From Rhina ancylostomus (Eukaryota): a stretch of 64,000 nucleotides of DNA. Below, one piece after another: positions 49,516 through 62,100 of the stretch; positions within the stretch are counted from its first letter, which is position 1; each line of letters begins with the position of its first letter. The position numbers were made by a program, and so were the translations under genes. Under the pieces are notes generated by a model. That model was given only the letters and a program-made list of their open reading frames with translations, was not told the DNA's origin and made no database searches. The stretch spans positions 21,979,172 to 22,043,171 of the forward strand of contig JARFYF010000063.1 in assembly GCA_030265395.1 (NCBI GenBank), read 5' to 3'.

Positions 49516-52500
49516 TGAAAGAAAGATTGTCTGGTTTTTATCTAAGTGTGGGTGCTTACTATGTGTAAATGACTGCAGCATTTCCTACAGTGAGTATACT
49601 TCATAATTTTCATTGACACTAAAATCTTGCATTTATTAGCCCCTTTCCCAGATATCCCAAAGTGCTTCACAGGTAATAAGGTATTTTTGAAGGGTTTTTA
49701 TAGTTCCTTTTTTCCTGCTTTGAGGAATTTTGGTTGTGTTGGGGAATAAACATCTTTGCTCGATTTCATGCTCTGTAATGATAAACATCGCCTCTATCTC
49801 CACATTGTTAACCACAGGATAGCATTGAATTTGATGCTATAATTTATTTGTACCTCAAGTGATTTTAAGTCTAAGCCTTTGCTTGCTTCATTAGTGATCC
49901 ACATTCTGAGTCTCTGTTGTTACCTGGGAATCTACTAATGTTACACTCGGTGCACAATTATTCCTGGATAATTTACCCTGTCTGTACACTGCAGACCAAT
50001 GACAGCTGAAGAACAGATGACACATTGAAGCAGGTTATTTAAGTGAAAGGAGACTGGCCAAACCTGTTTCATATTCCACGTTGAAGTTTACCATGGAGGT
50101 AGATTTGCACAACATTTGTCTAGATTAGATTCCAAATCAAATTCTGGAGATGCAGAACGAACAGCTTTGGCTTTGTATTTCTGGCGCCTCACCTGCTGGA
50201 CAAGAGTATGGTTTAGCAAACTGAGCATTTCTGCAATCAATGCTGTTACAGAAAATGCAGGAATTCTGATTAACCCAACAAGCCATGCTGTTGAATTTTC
50301 CATCTGCACTCTACCAAATCTGTTTACCATTTTAACCTCTTTGATAAGATTGTTCCGCAAATCCACTCATTCCCACACTCAGAAGAATACAAGGCCAGTT
50401 AAGGTAAACTAAGATCATAGTTTTCACAAGGTTTCATTGATGAAATGACGTGATGCACACAACCCATAATTTCCACCTGAAGTGTGATGTCTAGATATGA
50501 TCTGTCCATTAAAAGGGTTCGCTACCAACCTGCCCCTACTGCACCACATCACCTTCCAACAATAGAGATTCACAGTGGAAAATATGATCACTTCCCATAA
50601 ATCTAGAGCCACCTCTTAGCAAAGGCAGACACTGATGATAAAATTCATCACTGCCTTCACCGCCAGCACAGCCGCTGGTCAAATGAGGGAAAGGGTATTC
50701 AGAAATCAAGACTGCTGGCATCGACCAGAGTACAAATATTCAGCAGCCAAGATATAAATTGTCACATCCAACACATAATAATCTATGTACCTGTGTTGAT
50801 GAGTTATCAGGCAATCTTTTTCTGTCACTTTCCCAGCCAATGGCTTGGTCACTGTTTTGCTAGCATCTGCCAATCTTCTTCTTCATAAGTTCAAAGGCAG
50901 AAAAGAAAAACCTGAGCCAGAAAATCCAGACATTCTGAGGAAAGCTCGTCAAAGACGGATTACTGAAGGCATTTGCCAGTTGGTTTCCATGTTACCTGAT
51001 GTGTCTGCAAGGCATCTGAGAATCCTATTTATTCTTAAGCTGTTTACAGATGAATACCAGAAGATCATAGGTGCTGAGGTGCGATAGAGGGAAATAAAGA
51101 TGTCTGTGTCTTTCAGTGTTTTTTTTTGTAAAACCTTGAAGCACAATTGAAAGAAAATCACAAATTAAAAGTACAATTCTTTTCAGTTTTTCATATAAGC
51201 TTTTACAGTCCCTTCCTAACCCATCCTGTGTTGTTGATGGTAAACGGGTCTGTTTTGTTTCTTTGAGGCATTGCAATGATTTCGAAATGATGATGAATGT
51301 AATACAGTGAGGCCTTCAAGGGGCAGTCTGCTGTAACTCTGCTCTCAGATAATCACCCTGTTCCTATCTCTTTTTTGCTCTTAAATAAAGTTTAATGAAG
51401 TACATCTCTACAGTTGAAACTTGTTCAAATTGCAGATGTGTAGTCTTTATAAAGAAGCAGTGGATTGCACTAAATCAATAATTTAACAAACATACGTCTG
51501 GCAGATTCATTGCGTGAAATTTCAACATTAATTATTCTGGTATCAACACTATTGATTTAAAGCAAACCCCATCCTCCTTTGTAATACCAAAGAGGAGATT
51601 CACTCTGAGGGAGATCAGCAGAATGACAGTGGAGCAAACCTTTACTTTAGCAGTAGCCTGCTGCAGACTATCCCCTTTATGCACCCTTTCCTTTTTCCAA
51701 CTGTAATGGCAAATGCTTGAAGTTCTAGTGAGTGAGAAATAAACAGCATGAGAGTGGAACAGTTGGCTCATCAATGAACTTAGCCAGCGCTCATAAACAT
51801 AAAATAAAAGATCATCATTTCAACTAGCACTGTTATAAATTAAACAGTGGCGACAATGATAATGAAGTTAGAAGGGAGACGATGGGAAGTATTGAACTTA
51901 CCACTGATATCTAATTCTTGCTTGTGAGACACAATAAAAAAAAAGGCAAAGGAGTAGCAATAGGGAAATGAACACAATAATCAGAGATGTAGGAATTGCT
52001 GCAATGAGTATTGTCTTTTTAGATTATAATTCGTTTAACCTTCTGGGAAGAATATTGTCATAACTGATGCAAAGACAGGTCCTTGTAGATTGATCAACAT
52101 TTGAGTGTTGCTCCTGACTGTGTTAAAACAGACATTTTGGGAATAAATTCCACAATATTTCCAGGGGGAAACTGACATCATCTGGTCAGCTGCCTCTTAT
52201 TTCACTTTCAGCTAAAATTAGCCCTTTAGAATACATTGTGATATTATAAGATTGTTCTTTGTCATCATAGAAAGAGAGGAACTTGGTTGACTCACTGGCA
52301 GCATCTGTTATTCATGACATTGTGGGGCGAGTATCATTGTTTCACATCGCGTGAGAAGTTCTTCCGAGACATCTAGAAATGACAGTTGATGCCCTGAATG
52401 GGATGATGGCAGGATTGCCTCAAAAATTGGATTTCATGCTGTTTTGGTATGTTAAATGTGTGTTGCTTACAGTGCAAGCAGACATATTGGTTCCCAGTAA

Positions 52501-52534
52501 CAGAGGCCAGGCAGCTGGATGGAAGCACATAAGA

Positions 52535-52690
52535 AGCAGAAGCAGAAAATGCTGGAAGCACTCCACAGTCAGGTAGCATCTGTGGAAAGAAAAACTAGAT
52601 TTAAAGACCCTTTGTCAGAACCAAGGTTCTCTGACAAAGGTTCTCTGACTTGAAACATTAACCAGATTTCCAGCATCTGTAGGTTTTTAT
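52535..52690. mobile_element. Inverted pair of PLE terminal repeats with back-to-back hammerhead-derived cores
   Basis: Central hairpin cctttgtcagaacc-aa-ggttctctgacaaagg (52609-52640); outer arms aatgctggaa / ttccagcatc. Confidence 0.75.
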
Positions 52691-53300
52691 TATTTTCATG
52701 GTAGAAACAGAGTTATTGACACACAAAAGCATGTACCAAAACAGGACCTGAGTAACTCTCACCTGTTGAGATTTTGCTGTACACCAATCTGAGAAGTGCT
52801 TCAGCTTCTTAAAGGGACATTCCCCATTGTGTCCAGATTACAGCATCGCCTGCTCTGGAACAAAGATAAAGGAAGATGGAAAGACTTGTTGACTTTATTG
52901 AAAGATACCCGAGCATTGACATCAGTGAGAAAAGTTCCAGAAGGGAGGCGTTGTGTGCTGGGGGGACAAGGAGATCCATCGGACCCATCATAGGAAAGGC
53001 CTGGTAGAAGGAAACTCCAGCTGTATCCTCCAGAACTGAAAATCTCCACCCTTTCAAACAAAGCAGAAATAAATTTGATGATTTCACACGATTTGTCCCA
53101 GGGAGTTGCCCCTCCCCCCACTGAGAATGGTTGTAGCAAGCCATTGGAACAGGGGTTTATTAATTTATGTGTTATGTTCAGTGTAGGTGATCCTTCTAAA
53201 GAGGAAATGAGGGATCATCTGGGCTTTCTCATCTAATTAGTGGTGACTACGTTGGCATTAAGAATGAGAATGTGGAGAGTCACTCTTTCCCATTATTGAG

Positions 53301-53579
53301 TGATCCAATACAAGAGGGCATGCATTTAAAGTGAGAGGGGGTAGGTTCAGAACAGATGTGAGGGGTACGTTTTTTACTCAGAGAGTGGTGGATGCCTTGA
53401 ATGCATTGCCTGATAGGGCGGTGGAGGCAAATTCATTGGTGGCTTTTAGGAGGGGCTTGGATGGGCACATGAATGAGAGGAAAATGGAGGGATATGGGCA
53501 TTCTGTAGGTAGGAAGGATTAGCTATGTCGGCACAACATTGTGGGCCGAAGGGCCTGTACTGTTCTATGTTCTATGTTC
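53301..53579 (+). mobile_element. Relatively young CR1 LINE 3' end
   Basis: RGGRFRTDVRGTFFTQRVVDALNALP; tail gtcggcacaacattgtgggccgaagggcctg-(ttctatg)2; CpGs retained. Confidence 0.95.
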
Positions 53580-53599
53580 AAACAGCCCACCCAACTGTG

Positions 53600-53680
53600 C
53601 CAATCAGCTGCCTAACCGACAGAACCAGAGTGGAAGCAAATCATCCTCGATCCCCAGGGAACACCGAAGAAGGAAAAAGT
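53600..53680 (+). mobile_element. RTE LINE 3' tail
   Basis: cagaaccagagtggaagcaaatcatcctcgatcccc matches 2788-2820. Confidence 0.55.
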
Positions 53681-54256
53681 AGTCGTCTGCTCAAGCTGCC
53701 AAGGCTTGCTGTTCACACGTGTGATGCACAGAAGGCTGAGTGTCAGGAGAGAATGGGTGTCAAAACCAGCAAGTGCATCCAGTGAAACATTTTAAAACAA
53801 CATGAAAAGTTCGAACACAGTTCCACAGCTCAGAAATAATTATGCAAATTTGGCTGCAAGTCATTTGCATCTTAAAGCTGAGCAAAAGGCTGATACAAGG
53901 TGTACTGCCGCAGTTAAGTGAGTTAAACATTACAGGAGACAGCTAATTGACGACAACATTTTTGATGTTGCTGTAATATTTAATTGCCTGAGTTCCTTGC
54001 GCAGAAAGCTCCTTCCCTCTGAACAAACCCTTATTACACAACCAGCTAAAAACCCAGGGCCTGGATTTCAGTGTGAGAGGCAGCACTGGTGGTGAAGGAG
54101 GTGCTGGGGGCTGTTGCAGGAAATCTGGCAAAACATAAACCTGGCAACTGCTTAAAGACCTTGCTAATCTAGGCCAGCAGGAAGGTGCTGGAGAGAGGTC
54201 CAAGGATATAAGTCCTGCCCCAGGTCAATTGTTGGTATCAGCAAGGAACTGAGCAG

Positions 54257-54365
54257 AGACACAAAAGATTCTACAGATGCTGGAAATTCAGACTGGAAAA
54301 ATCAACTGTTTATTTCCCTCCATAGATGCTGCCTGATCTGCTGAGTTCCTCCAGTATTTTGTGTG
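54257..54365. mobile_element. Collapsed inverted PLE terminal repeat
   Basis: cagatgctggaaa joined to tagatgctgcctgatctgctgagttcctccag. Confidence 0.7.
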
Positions 54366-54949
54366 GGGAACTGGGTGGGATGGGGGAAGGGTTTCAGGAT
54401 GTGAGAAAGTTGCGTCCTGTTCAATCAGGAGTTCCACTTATAAGTCATGTGGTTGCTCGACTGTGGACAGGCCTCCTGTTAGTTTTTACCCCACTCTTTG
54501 CAACTTCAGCAGCGAAGAAATAAATGCAGGGCTTTTATTTATTCATTTACTGTGTGTGAACATTACTGGCGGTGCCAGCATGTACAATCCATCCCTAATT
54601 GCCCCTAAAATGGGAAGATAGTTAAGGTCAACCATAATGTTTGGTCTGAAGTCATGTATAGGCCCGTCTGGGTAGGTGTGGCAGACCTCCTTTTTTGAAG
54701 GACATTAGGGCATTTGAGCTTGCTCCGCCATTCAAAAACATCACGGTCGGTCCTTTGCCTCACCATCCAGCTTTCCACTCAACCTCTAGATCCCTGTAGT
54801 GTCCAAAAATCTACCATGCTCGATTTTGTCTGTAAAGTGCAGAAAGTGAGAGCTCTATACCAAAGAGGTTTAAGTACTACGGAAGACACAGAGTGACAGA
54901 GAACAGGGCAGAGTGGATTCAGATCAGTAAAAGGAAAATGGAGAGAGAA

Positions 54950-55245
54950 GGAAAGATTACAGACATGTGAATCAGGATCAGGAATAAGGCACTCAACCAT
55001 TTAATAAAATGATGGCCAATCTGATTCTAACTTTGGATTCCCATCTACCCGCAGTATCCTTTCACCTCTGTGTTTATCGAGTATCTGTCTACCCCTGCCT
55101 TAAAATATTTAAAGGCTCTACATCCACCACCTTCTAAGGAAGACATTTCCAAAGACTCACTGATCCTGTTAGAGAAAGTTTTTTCCTCATCTCAAATGGG
55201 CAATTCCAATTTTTAAAGTGACTCCTAATTCTAGATTCTCCCATG
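54950..55245 (-). mobile_element. CR1 LINE 3' fragment
   Basis: ccatttaataaaatgatggccaatctga...atctgtctacccctgccttaaaatatt; same type as 40130-40490. Confidence 0.75.
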
Positions 55246-55269
55246 AGAAAGCATCCCCTCAACTGCGAT

Positions 55270-55620
55270 TCACAAGAGTCTGCAGATGGTGGAATCTGGA
55301 GCAACAAACAATCTGCTGGAGGAACTCAGCAGCAGGATTAAGAATTGTCCATGTTTCAGATCAAAACCTTGCATCAGGACTAAAAGGGGAGATAATTGGT
55401 GCAAGGAGGAGAGGGAGAATGCTGTGACAGGAGCCCGAGATGATTGCTGGACCAATGAAGAATAACAGGAAGATCAAGCCATATAGAGGAGGGAGAGGGG
55501 TGGAGTTGGGAGACAAGACAGGAGGATGATAGATGGCAGAAGACCAAAGAAGAGAGAGGCAGATGGAGTGGGGGAAGGGGAGGGTGGAAGTGGAAACAGC
55601 TGCTAGAGAGTGATAAACCC
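55270..55620 (-). mobile_element. PLE 3' end (terminal repeat plus pyrimidine-rich region)
   Basis: Matches 14340-14700; minus-strand core ctgatgc-aaggtt-ttgatct-gaaa. Confidence 0.75.
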
Positions 55621-55939
55621 TCAATTGTGAGGTACAGATACCGCCTGGCAGGAGAGGGGTGCCAAAACCAGAATATACATCCAGTAAAACATTTTAAACA
55701 ATGTGAAAGTTCAAGCAGTTTCCACAGATCAGAAATAATTGTGTGAATTTCAATCTTAGAGCCTGAACAGAAGTCCAACACAATGGACACATCCTTTCTG
55801 CATCTGCCCTGTGAAAACTCTTGGAGTAGGTAAGAAAGACAGAGAAAAATAAATTGAAAGGAAATTAAGAAAATGATGAAATAACTTACATTTTAAACAT
55901 CTCCAACAAATGATTTACCACTTGAGAGGGTGGTTTAGC

Positions 55940-56260
55940 CTTTTTAATTCATTTACAGGATGCTGGGTTTGCTGGCAAGAGCAACATTCATTGCCCAACC
56001 CTAATTACCCCCGAGAATGTTGTGGTGGTCACCTTTGTGAGACACTGCAGTCTGTGTGGTGAAGATAATCCTGCCATGTTCCTTGGCTGTGAATTCCAGT
56101 GCTTAGACCCAGCAACAATGAGGCAACAATGATATATTTGTAAGTCAACTTGGAGGAGAACTTAAAAGTGATGTTGTTCCCATGTACCTGCTGCACCCCA
56201 GTCCTTCAGCTGGTGAAAGTTATAAATCTGGGGGATGTTGTTAAAGAATATTTAATGAGA
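55940..56260 (-). mobile_element. LINE 3' end, same family as 31700-32145
   Basis: gctggcaagagcaacattcattgcccaaccctaattaccc...gaattccagtgcttagacccagc. Confidence 0.65.
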
Positions 56261-57859
56261 TACAGTATATCCTAGCTTTGACTACCATAAGCTTGAGTCT
56301 TGAATGTGCTCTAGAGTGCTGGATGGCAGGTTGATCAAAGAGTCAGTTAAAATGCAAGGATGATGTCCATCATGCTTGCTGGTTTTTCAAGTGACTGAGG
56401 AGCCTGTTCTGGGTATTCTTCTGCTGTAGGGACATATTGTGGCTTGGGAATATAAATTTGCACCCCTTGGTTGGTCCTCTTCACCTTCCTTCACCATTAC
56501 TATTCCACCTCCTAATTGATTTGAGAGTCATTTGACTCCCAGAATTTAACACAAGCATCACTGGCAGAAGCCCTCAAGGGTTTTAATGCAGTATCTGTAG
56601 ACTAACATCGGAAGAGAGTAGGAAAGCCCAATAAACACAGACCATCAGCAACATTGTCATAGCTTGAAGAAGGAACAATTGATGCAGCTGACTCAGTGCT
56701 GGACTTCTTCGTCAATGATAGCCCATCATGAGAGGTGACTGACAATATACAGAAAGTGCTCTACCTACCGCAAAGCGAACCCTATCTATAGATAGTTGAA
56801 GGGATGTCTAACTAGCTTGTGGAAGATTGGTGATGAACTTCTGTCTTGGCAATGGTCAAGGACAGGTCAATTCTTGTATAAGAAGCATTAAAGAGATCAA
56901 CAGTTGCTTGCAGAACATGTGCAGAATGAGCCAGCACACAACAGTTATCCACAAACTGAAGTCATCAATATCCTTGGTGATGATCCTAGATTAAGCCTGT
57001 AAGTTGACAATACCCACCTCCAACATACATTTATCAGTTACTTAATGACCAACCAGCAACTAGGCATCTGAGGTAGTTTGTGGGGTGTGGGGGAATAAGT
57101 AGGGATGAGATAATATCCATTTTACTGCAATGTCTGATTAGGGAAGGGTTGGAATTAAATGAATATTCTGTGGGAACATGGTAATCTGGTACCTCTGCTA
57201 GGTACATTCAAAGAGACTAAAATATTGCTAAGAGCCAGTCAGCAAGCCCTGAATCATTAGAGAGCCCTTGAGAAAGATTTTATTCGGAGGTACAACAAAT
57301 ATCAAATACTTGACACCTATCTGCAGGTGAGACAGAGTGTTTATGGTTTATTTGGGTGTCCAGACCAGAAGTTTGAAATAATGTACCAGTGCTCCATGCT
57401 GATCAACTGCACTGTCATAAACAGTTGAAAAGCTGGGGTGCAATATTGGTGGTCTTTGGTTCTTGTTCTCCTGAATTTGAAATCTTCTACTCAGGAAGTT
57501 GGTGTACCCTTTAGCCAAACTCTTTAAATAGAAATGGTCCAGGTTACACTGGTGAAGCTTCTTGGCAACCCAAATAATAGAACCTAGCTAATGAAGAGTC
57601 AAATATTTGAATAAAAAGGGGGTGCTTCAAAGAAAGAAGGAAATATATATACTGGCATATCAGGATGAACCAATGAGACAGTGAAATATTTCGAAGTGTA
57701 GCCACCATTTGAAGTCTAGGAATTCTGATAGGTGATTTGTGCACAGCACCTTCCCTCAAACAATAATGTGATACCTATAAGTGATAGCAGTATCATAGTA
57801 GACACTGGAATAACAACTACTGGATTATAGCAACAAATTCAACTAATATCCCAACTTTA

Positions 57860-58640
57860 ATATGAGGAAAGAACCTCAAAGTGCTTCACGGGAGCATAGT
57901 CAAAATAATTTGTTATTATTAAGACAACTGTTAAAAGCTTGATGAAAAAAGTATACTTTAGGGACCATCTTAAAAGGGGAAGGTAGAGAAGCAGTGAAGT
58001 TCAGAAGGAATTACAGATATCAGACTTTTGGCAGCTGAAAGCACATGCAAATCAGGTACAGTGCAGTGATCATATTCAGGGATGGGCATAAAACCAGAGT
58101 TAGAGGACTGCAGATATCTTAGGAAATTACATTGTCAGGTTGAAACAAGGAAGGTATTTGAGCATAAGGATGATAACTTTGAAATGATATCATTGTTAAA
58201 CTGGGAGCAGGTGTTGCTCAGTTAACACAAGAGTGATGGATGACAGGACTTGATGCAAGTTGTGACAAGTACTGCAGATTTGGGACGGGCTCAAGATTTT
58301 AAGGGATAAAATTAAGGAGATTAGCCAGAAGAGCATTAGAAGATATAAGAGACTACAGATGCTAGCATCTGCAGCATCAAACAAGAAGGTGGAGGAACTC
58401 AGCAGGTCAGGCAGCATCTGTGGAGGAAGATGGATGGTCAATGTTTTGGGTCAAGACCCTTCATCTGAACTAAAAGATAGAGAGGAGATAGTCCAGTAGA
58501 AAAAGGTGAGGGGAAGGGGAACAGCAAGAGCTGGCAAAAAATGGGTGGATTGACATGAGAAGAGTGACAGGCAGGTGCAAAAGGGAAGAGTCAAAATAGG
58601 AAGAGTCAAGTTCAGAGTGACAGTGGCATGAATTGAGAAT
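57860..58640 (-). mobile_element. L2 LINE 3' fragment interrupted by a PLE
   Basis: caaagtgcttcac...aaaagcttgatgaaaaaag...gccagaagagcattagaa, then the PLE, then gagtcaagttcagagtgac. Confidence 0.65.
58343..58600 (-). mobile_element. PLE 3' end inserted into L2
   Basis: ggaggaactcagcaggtcaggcagcatctgtgg; minus-strand core cagatga-a-gggtc-tt-gaccc-aaaa. Confidence 0.8.
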
Positions 58641-59552
58641 TAATTTCTCCAACTTTTTATATGCTGGGGACAGAGGTCCCTCTGTGGGCAGGATAAACCA
58701 CCAGCTACCATCCATCTGAGAGAGGGGTGGGGCAGGTGGAAGGTGAGCCCCAGTGATCCAGTTTCATGCCCACTAATGGGAGATTGGGAATTTGGTGACC
58801 CCACAATCGTGTCAGGATAAATGGATTTGACTATAAAGACCAAGAGGTTGCATTCGCGTACCGCCATNNNNNNNNNNNNNNNNNNNNNNNNNNNNNNNNN
58901 NNNNNNNNNNNNNNNNNNNNNNNNNNNNNNNNNNNNNNNNNNNNNNNNNNNNNNNNNNNNNNNNNNNTGAACAACTGCTGACATAATTAGGCACACCACT
59001 GTTACCAGCAAAGTATCAGATGTACTAAGGTGAATGACACACGGTGAGGCCCACCTAACTTACTGATAGGGTGGCTTCACGCAGAAGTGACCACTAGCAT
59101 CATCCAACCTCTAGGTAGCTGTGTTTCTATTTTAATACATTTAAAGTGAACATTGAATCCATTACTGACTGCATCAAATTGATCATTTCTCAGCAGAGGG
59201 ACACATTTCCAGAGTTGCTTTGAAAGGTAGTTCCATTGCTTCAGCAGTATCTTGGGTGCAAAATATGAGCATGCTTTGACCACCCCACCTCACCCCAAAA
59301 AAAAATTGTCATACACTAACACAACGAGGGAAAGGACACTGAACAAGGAAAGGAATCAGTGCAGCAGTACAGTGGCAGCCTCTGGAATTATGCTGCTTGG
59401 TTGACAGAAAGTTTGACAGAAAAGTTCCTCTCTTTGATGGTTATGTTAGTCTAAATATCAAATCACAGATTTTCATGTGCTTCCACCCTGCCCCCCCCCC
59501 CCCCACATGTGCTGTTTCCTCATGGTGTACTTTCAGGGTCAGTATATATTAA

Positions 59553-59656
59553 AGAAATAAAAGCCAGAAAATGCTGGAAATACTCAAGAGATCAGGCAGC
59601 ATCTGTGGAGGCAGAAACAGAGTTAACATTTCAGGTCAATGACCTTTCATCAGAAT
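59553..59656 (-). mobile_element. PLE terminal repeat with an intact hammerhead core sequence
   Basis: Minus strand: tt-CTGATGA-a-aggtc-att-gacct-GAAA-tgt-t-aac (plus 59623-59655). Confidence 0.8.
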
Positions 59657-59815
59657 ATGGTATTGAGATAAATGATCGGCCATGACCGTGTAGTTATAGA
59701 CTGCACTCTGGGAGGAAATGGCAGCTGTGAAATTGCCCGATAATTTTGTCACAAAATGCTGAAATAGACTTGAAGGGCCAAATTACTTACTCCTGCTCCT
59801 ATAATCTATGTTTCT
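59657..59815 (+). mobile_element. CR1 3' tail fragment
   Basis: gatcggccatga...gacttgaagggccaaattacttactcctgctcctata. Confidence 0.6.
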
Positions 59816-61789
59816 GTGGCTACAAAAAGAATTCAAAGGTCAGGTGTTCTGCCCTAATGACCACAGCTAACAAGAGCAAGCCAAAAAAGGATCTTTGAAT
59901 CTCTATTTTACCTGTTCTCCCATCTGCCTAAATGCATTTCATTTATTGTTCAATCTGTGACCTAATGAATTAATAATACCTCAGGAATGACATGTCAGTA
60001 ATATGTGATTCCAAGGGAGGACTATGGGAAAAATATTAAAATCCTATGACCTGGGGTGCTGCTATGGAGATGAATAGAACTGGTATAGTCATGGTGCAGT
60101 CTTCTCTCCGACAGAGAATTTGTCTTTGCTGAAGTCCTAAGGCGCGTTAATTAAAAAACTCACATGTCCCTTTATGTAAGACTGCCTGAGGACTAAAATG
60201 ATTAAATCTGTCAAAACCTAAGCTATAATGTTCCTCTTTAACAACCTCAAAGGAGGAATGCATGGAGGAAAGAGGAGAAAAATGTAAGTGCTTACAATTG
60301 TGTGCACATTCCATGTATGTTGGTGGTGGACTCTTAGTTTGTTCTGACTGACCAACATCTATTTTTGCAAACTATTACGTTGTTTCTGTCGTTTAAAAAG
60401 AAGCATTGTCTTTGGTAATTCAGTTTTTGGTTTACCCAACCTTCCATGAAATCAGCACTATTCTTTGTATGATTAAATAGTGATTGTGCTGCTTTGCTAT
60501 GTGAAATGTGATGATGGGGTATAAGAGGGAAAATTCAACTGTCCTCTGGCTGCAACTAAGAGGCACACAAGAAAGGAATGCAAGTCAGAGGTAGATCAGG
60601 AAGCAGCAAACCTCCAACTTACTCTCTTTTTTAATTGCTGCTTCTCGCTGCAGGTTTGAACATTCTGAGTTTACCTTATCCAATGTTCATTGCTTGTTTT
60701 CATATGCAGGGCTTACTCATTGTAAAACCTCTCAATAAACATCTGCCACTCTCAAGAGTTGATCACTGGTTAAATCAAGGTCCTTTGGTGTGGTTACCCT
60801 ACCATAGCCCTTTGCCAGTTCATGACATCATCATGTTTGTGACCACAAGGGAATAAAGGTACCTGAAAAATAATGATGCCACGCACACATGTTACTAAAG
60901 CAGTAACTGACTTATTGGGCCGACCTCACAGCTGTCAATTCATCACAGAGTGCAGACAATCGTTATAATAATTGCATTGATTGAATAGATTATTGAGACC
61001 CTGCGATTATTCCTTGCTTCCCCTTAAACAATCTGGGCACATATTCCTCAATTAGCTTGACATGAAACAGAGAAACCAATTGGAGAGCTTATTTAGCAAC
61101 AGCATTGGACACTTTGTACTGTGCCCAGCACTAACTTCTGGGTTGCACTTACCTATTGTGTGTGTGGCACTCTTCGCATTCCGCCAGCATCAGTGCCACT
61201 GCCCCTCCATGTAGCAGGACAGTGAAAAACCAGTAAACAGGTCATAGGCAGTAGAAACTAAAGCCCCACCTATGGACCACCTCAAAGGGCTTCTTTGGCT
61301 CAAACTCTCAAAGGCTTTTTCCATTGTTTAGATATGTTTCTGGTCATCATAGACATTTAGAGACAATAGGAAAACATTTAGATGATTAAAAAAATTAACA
61401 GAAAATAATAATTTCACTTAAAACCACAGTCAACATATAAATTGACTAAAACATTAAAATTAATTAAAATGAAGCAAAAGGAAACACTTTATTTTCATTT
61501 TATTTTTGTGAAGATCTTTGACCCTATTTAAATATGATGGCTGAAGTAAAGCTGACAGTCTGGATTCAAAGCAATGGTGAGTCCGGGGCAGATGTGGAAG
61601 TCTGGAATGAGCGGCTGTCGGATGCAAAGGGACCTGTCAGTCAGCCATAACCACATTTGTCCCAGCATGTTGACACCTTTGCAAATAGTCTTCCACTCTT
61701 TGCATTTTAGACCAAGGTAATCCTGCTTCCCAAAAGAAAAAAATAACAATAGTAATTGAATATAACAGCTGAGCAATTCAGGCAGAGGG

Positions 61790-62100
61790 CAAACAACATC
61801 ATCCCTGCATCTAACCTGCCTATCTTGGTAAGAATTCTGTATGGTTCAATGAGATCAGTTCTCATCCTACTTAACTCTAGAGAATAAAGGCATAGACAGC
61901 TAAATCTTTCCTCAAAGGACAAACATGCCAGTTCAGGAATCAACCTTTTTATTCTCTCTATCGCCAGTATATTCTCCCTTTGTTAGAGATACAGGGCATA
62001 TTCCATTGCAATCTCTTCAGGACCCAATGTAATTGGAGCAAAATGTCTTTTTTCTTGTATTTAAATCTTCATTGCAATAAAGGTTAACACAGTACTTGCC
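61790..62100 (-). mobile_element. CR1 LINE fragment
   Basis: LSFEERFSCLCLYSLELSRMRTDLIEPYRIL. Confidence 0.85.

Noticed and set aside
59180-59400. Harbinger DDE transposase remnant (also VIDC at about 38045-38060)
   Set aside because: Only 4-5 residue resemblances; not supportable by eye
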